NCBI RefSeq assembly: GCF_044704955.1
Contig: NC_091984.1
Span: 146,630,001 to 146,694,000, forward strand
Source of the DNA: Pristiophorus japonicus
Lineage: Eukaryota
Reading direction: 5' to 3'
DNA length: 64,000 bases
Made by a program: the position numbers and the translations under genes. Positions 60,472-64,000 of the stretch are shown piece after piece (position 1 is the stretch's first letter; each line of letters starts with the position of its first letter). The notes under the pieces are model-generated. The model did no database searches, had not been told where the DNA came from, and saw only the letters and a program-made list of their open reading frames with translations.

Positions 60472-60860
60472 AAAAACAGAAAATGCTGACAATACTCAGC
60501 AGGTCAGGCAGTAACTGTGCAGAAAGAAACATAGTTCACGTTTCAGGTCTGTCACCTTTCAACAGAACTGGGAAATGTTTGAGATGGAACAGATTTAAAA
60601 CCGGTGCAGAGGCAGAGAAAGTTGGGAGGGGAGGAAGGAAAGGGAAGGTCTGTGTTATGGTGCAAGGCATGAGTGGTTAAATCCTGCCTCTGCACCAGGT
60701 TAAAATCTGTCACATCTCTAACTTCTTCCAGTTCTGACGAAAGGTCACAGACCTAAAACGTTAACTTTGTTCCTCTCTCCACAGATACTGGCTGACCTGC
60801 TGAGCAGTTCCAGCATTTTCTATTTTAGTTTCAGATTCCAGCATCCGCTGTATTTTGCTA
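60472..60860. mobile_element. Penelope-like element terminal-repeat remnant arranged as an inverted repeat, with two minimal hammerhead motifs
   Basis: Arms ~60472-60620 and ~60680-60830 are reverse complements; hammerhead-like cores at 60533-60569(-) and 60730-60766(+). Confidence 0.75.
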
Positions 60861-62058
60861 TTGTGAACCATTTTGTTCTAAAGTCCAAACAAGTCCCAGG
60901 AAAAATGTAAATATAGATTTACTCTTAAACGTTTAGTGGAATGTTAATAGAAACAATAATTGTGTAATGATGTGTATAAATTTCAGGAAGAAACTTTAGA
61001 AGAAACCAGTATTTGTTTATTGAGAAAGACACAGAAAATACTTTGATTAAACTGATCATGTACAATTTCGATTTGATATATATCTTTAAAATAATAGATT
61101 AAACATTGGGAGTACAATGAAGTTTAATTGGGAAGTTTGCTGAATAATTTAACACGTCGTGGTAAAAGCACGGATGAATATTGTGCCGAATGTTTGAGAG
61201 AATAACATTAGAAGGAAAATTTATAAATAAACATCTTTACGTCACCATATTATAAACATTTCCAAGTCAGTCTGATTGGTTCTCCTGTCCAGGAAGAAAG
61301 ATGCCTGTACATTTCTGTTCAATGATCGCTTTTCCTGCTTTTTGTTTTTAGTTTGGTGACACACTGTGTATGTGTTTTTCTGCACTGGTGAATAAGTGCT
61401 GCATTTCTGACATGTTACCTGGGGGGTGTGCTGGTTCAAGAAGACCACGTTTAATAATGGAACTGATTGCAGTTGGAAATTCGCGTCCCGTTTTGATTCA
61501 ATTATTTTTAATATCATGAACTAAAGAACTATGGCTTTATATTTGTTGGTTGTCTGTTTGCATTGTGATGAATATTCTAATTACTTATGTGGACGTACAG
61601 CACGTCAGCACCATAGGAAAGGCCCTGCTCCGTATGTATGTGCAGCCGTTGCTATAGTGACATCACGGAGGGGGCTCATACTTTGACCACTTTATAATTA
61701 ATACAAATTGCTCGAATAGATATGCCTCTTTCAGTTCATCTTGTGCATTTCCATTGTTTGTCGATGCACAACCATGTAACTCAGTGACGTTTCTAAAGAG
61801 CTAGTGTATTATTATATCCCACTCATTTCTGACATGGTTTGACACAGGTTGAACATAACTTCTCTGCTTTTGAATTCTAATCCGCTAGAAATGAACTCCA
61901 TTGTTTTATTTGCACTGTTATGGCCTTATTATCCTCCGTTGCTACTTTTAGTGATTTGTGTATCTGTACTCATAGATCCCTTTGCACCTCGACACCATTT
62001 AGACTTATTTTCCAAGGGTCGGTAGGGTCCTTATCCCTCCTACCATTTTGCACCACCT

Positions 62059-62992
62059 CTCAGTAATTCGCTAAGCCTGTGTCAGCTCCGTCTAGTTTCT
62101 GAAGCCTACCCTGTCCCAGTGGATTGCGGGCGTTCCAATCACACTATCATGGGAATAGTAGTGAGGATGCCGGTCATGGATGGGACAGCCCGACCCTCAC
62201 CGGTATACAGGGTGGAGAACACTGGGGTCATTCAAGGAGGTGCACATGTTCATTTCACAGCGTTCCCACCTATGACATAAAGTGGGTGCAAGCTAAGACA
62301 GATACTGACCTCTCTAGGTGCCGGAGCCGGGGTGCACACATAATACTGTGCCCCCAGCACTTGAACGCCTATTCCAAACCACAGTGCGGGTTTAAAGCTG
62401 CTGGCACACAACCTATCAACTGTACCATGGAGGTGATGGCACAAGTCCATGTTCCTCCACAGGTAGCATATATAGGGGGTGGGACATACTGTGTCACCAC
62501 GAGTGCGCCCCACTACCAGCATGGATAGCACATTTGGTGTCCGGTGAGTGAAAGCATTTTCTGTTTTAAACCCGAGGCAGAAGTTCAAGTGGCTCAGGAA
62601 CGGATTGTCCCCATTCCTGAACCCTCCTCTGTTCACCTCACTGTAAGTGACAACATAACAAACCTGCAAGACTGTCGCATACTTTGGTTACGAGATTCCC
62701 CCCTCTACCCGAACATCTTACCGCCCTACTGAAAGCTGTAGAAGTATCACAGAAACATTTCTATACTCTAGAACAAAAAACAGTTGAGATAGGGGGCGAG
62801 ATTTCGGAAATCACAGTTCCACCTTGGTGGAATATTTTCAGAAATATAGAGGTCTCAGCCGGGATCAGAATAGCTTCCCACGTTTTAGTTGTCTGCCAGC
62901 TCGCGATTATTCTTTATCTATGGTGTACTACGTGCAGGGTGAGAGGCAGAGGTCATTGGTCCTGGCACCAGAGGGTGCTGGACGAGCCCTAG
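62059..62992 (+). pseudogene. Endogenous retrovirus env fragment, foamy/spuma-like TM subunit, frameshifted
   Basis: MGIVVRMP...YRVENTG..GGAHVHF; DLSRC..IILCP..PQCGF..NCT..PQVAYIGGGTYCVTTS; helical region, PPWW, and TM segment IASHVLVVCQLAIILYLWC. Confidence 0.68.
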
Positions 62993-63368
62993 CTGAACTT
63001 AAGGATTGTATCAGGGAGGGAAACACAAAATATGATAGAACACTGCAAAAGAATCGCAGTCGCCCGGTGAGGTCCGGTTTAGATTCCACCTGCTGTAAAA
63101 AAACGCAGAGGACAAGTGTTAAAAAGTTTGTCCTATGTGTGTTTTACTGTGTACTTTTTGTGAAACTGGAGTAATGGAGGGGCATTGGACCCTTCAATGC
63201 TGTAATGTGACTTATGACGGAATTTACCTGTAAACAGTAATACATCTCAAAGGAGAATGTACGTTTGGGTTTAGCTAGGTAAATTACAGGGGCAGGTGGG
63301 CTCTCGGGAATCAGGAATTTTGTTCATTTAGGATGACACTCTGGGGCGAAGAGTGGTAAATGGGGGAT

Positions 63369-64000
63369 TGTAAGATTCCAAAATTCGTGGAAAGCCCGCC
63401 AGTGTTTGGACTCACTGAAAAGGAAATTAAGCAGGAAGTTTGGGATCCTGAAATGCCCATGGAAGAAATCTACGAATTTTAACCAAGTTTGGGATTTTAA
63501 AAAGGTGCATGTTGGGTCTGTGAGAAAAGGGCTGCAAGACCAGGGGTGGGTTCAACCTCTGAAAAACCCATTTGGATATTGGAGCTAATCAAGCTAATCA
63601 AGCTGTCTGGGGATATTGGAGCTAATCAAGCTGTCTGGGGATATTGGAGCTAATCAAGCTGTCTGGGGATATTGGAGCTAATCAAGCTGTCTGGGGATAT
63701 TGGAGCTAATCAAGCTGTCTGGGGATATTGGAGCTAATCAAGCTGTCTGGGGATATTGGAGCTAATCAAGCTGTCTGGGGATATTGGAGCTAATCAAGCT
63801 GTCTGGGGATATTGGAGCTAATCAAATTGTCTGGGGATATTGGAGCTAATCAAATTGTCTGGGGATATTGGAGCTAATCAAATTGTCTGGGGAACTGTTT
63901 ACTCTCAAACCTTCCCCCAGAAGACATTTACATTTCAACAATCGACCCAAGAAAGTACAGTTTCAATCCAAGCACAGGACCCATTCGACACATGCATAAT
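63369..64000 (+). mobile_element. ERV 3' LTR (runs off the window) preceded by a polypurine tract
   Basis: AAATGGGGGA-T-TGTAAG at 63358-63374, ~370 bp after the env stop. Confidence 0.7.
63574..63892. repeat. 28-bp tandem repeat, ~11 copies (GGGGATATTGGAGCTAATCAAGCTGTCT), in the putative LTR U3
   Basis: AGCTGTCT recurs at 63601 and 63629; the last three units share a CAAATT variant. Confidence 0.95.

Noticed and set aside
61648-61690. MHC-type S-X-Y promoter module
   Set aside because: X and X2-like motifs are present, but there is no Y box (ATTGG) at the required spacing and no MHC exons.

Overview
Eukaryotic, transposon-dense genomic DNA from a cartilaginous fish, most likely a shark (judged from the Ig sequence and the repeat families). 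The only clearly intact host gene is one germline, unrearranged immunoglobulin kappa-type (nurse-shark NS4/type III-like) light-chain cluster on the + strand. It runs octamer-variant/TATA promoter, leader exon (9194-9242), V (9430-9728), 12-RSS, about 1.6 kb of spacer, 23-RSS, a single J (11356-11390), a 7.7 kb intron, C exon (19096-19424) and poly(A) signals. The rest is mostly decayed, nested mobile elements: many CR1 LINEs (two near full length with TSDs), L2, RTE and Tx1 fragments, Deu-domain SINEs, two Gypsy elements, a solo LTR, a complete but decayed Harbinger, a Myb-only Harbinger, a Harbinger-like MITE, a Penelope-type inverted repeat with two decayed minimal hammerhead ribozymes, and a foamy-like ERV env plus 3' LTR at the right end. 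Most notable observations: (1) orphan RSS-like elements flanking C, arranged like the mammalian intron-RSS/kappa-deleting-element pair (speculative); (2) a divergent J nonamer echoed by a distant orphan 23-RSS; (3) a ~6.3 kb inversion reconstructed from split Gypsy and CR1 elements; (4) unrelated minisatellite expansions at the same place in two Harbinger Myb genes. All family assignments are by motif recognition; no database search was run. TE boundaries are approximate unless a TSD or TIR is quoted.
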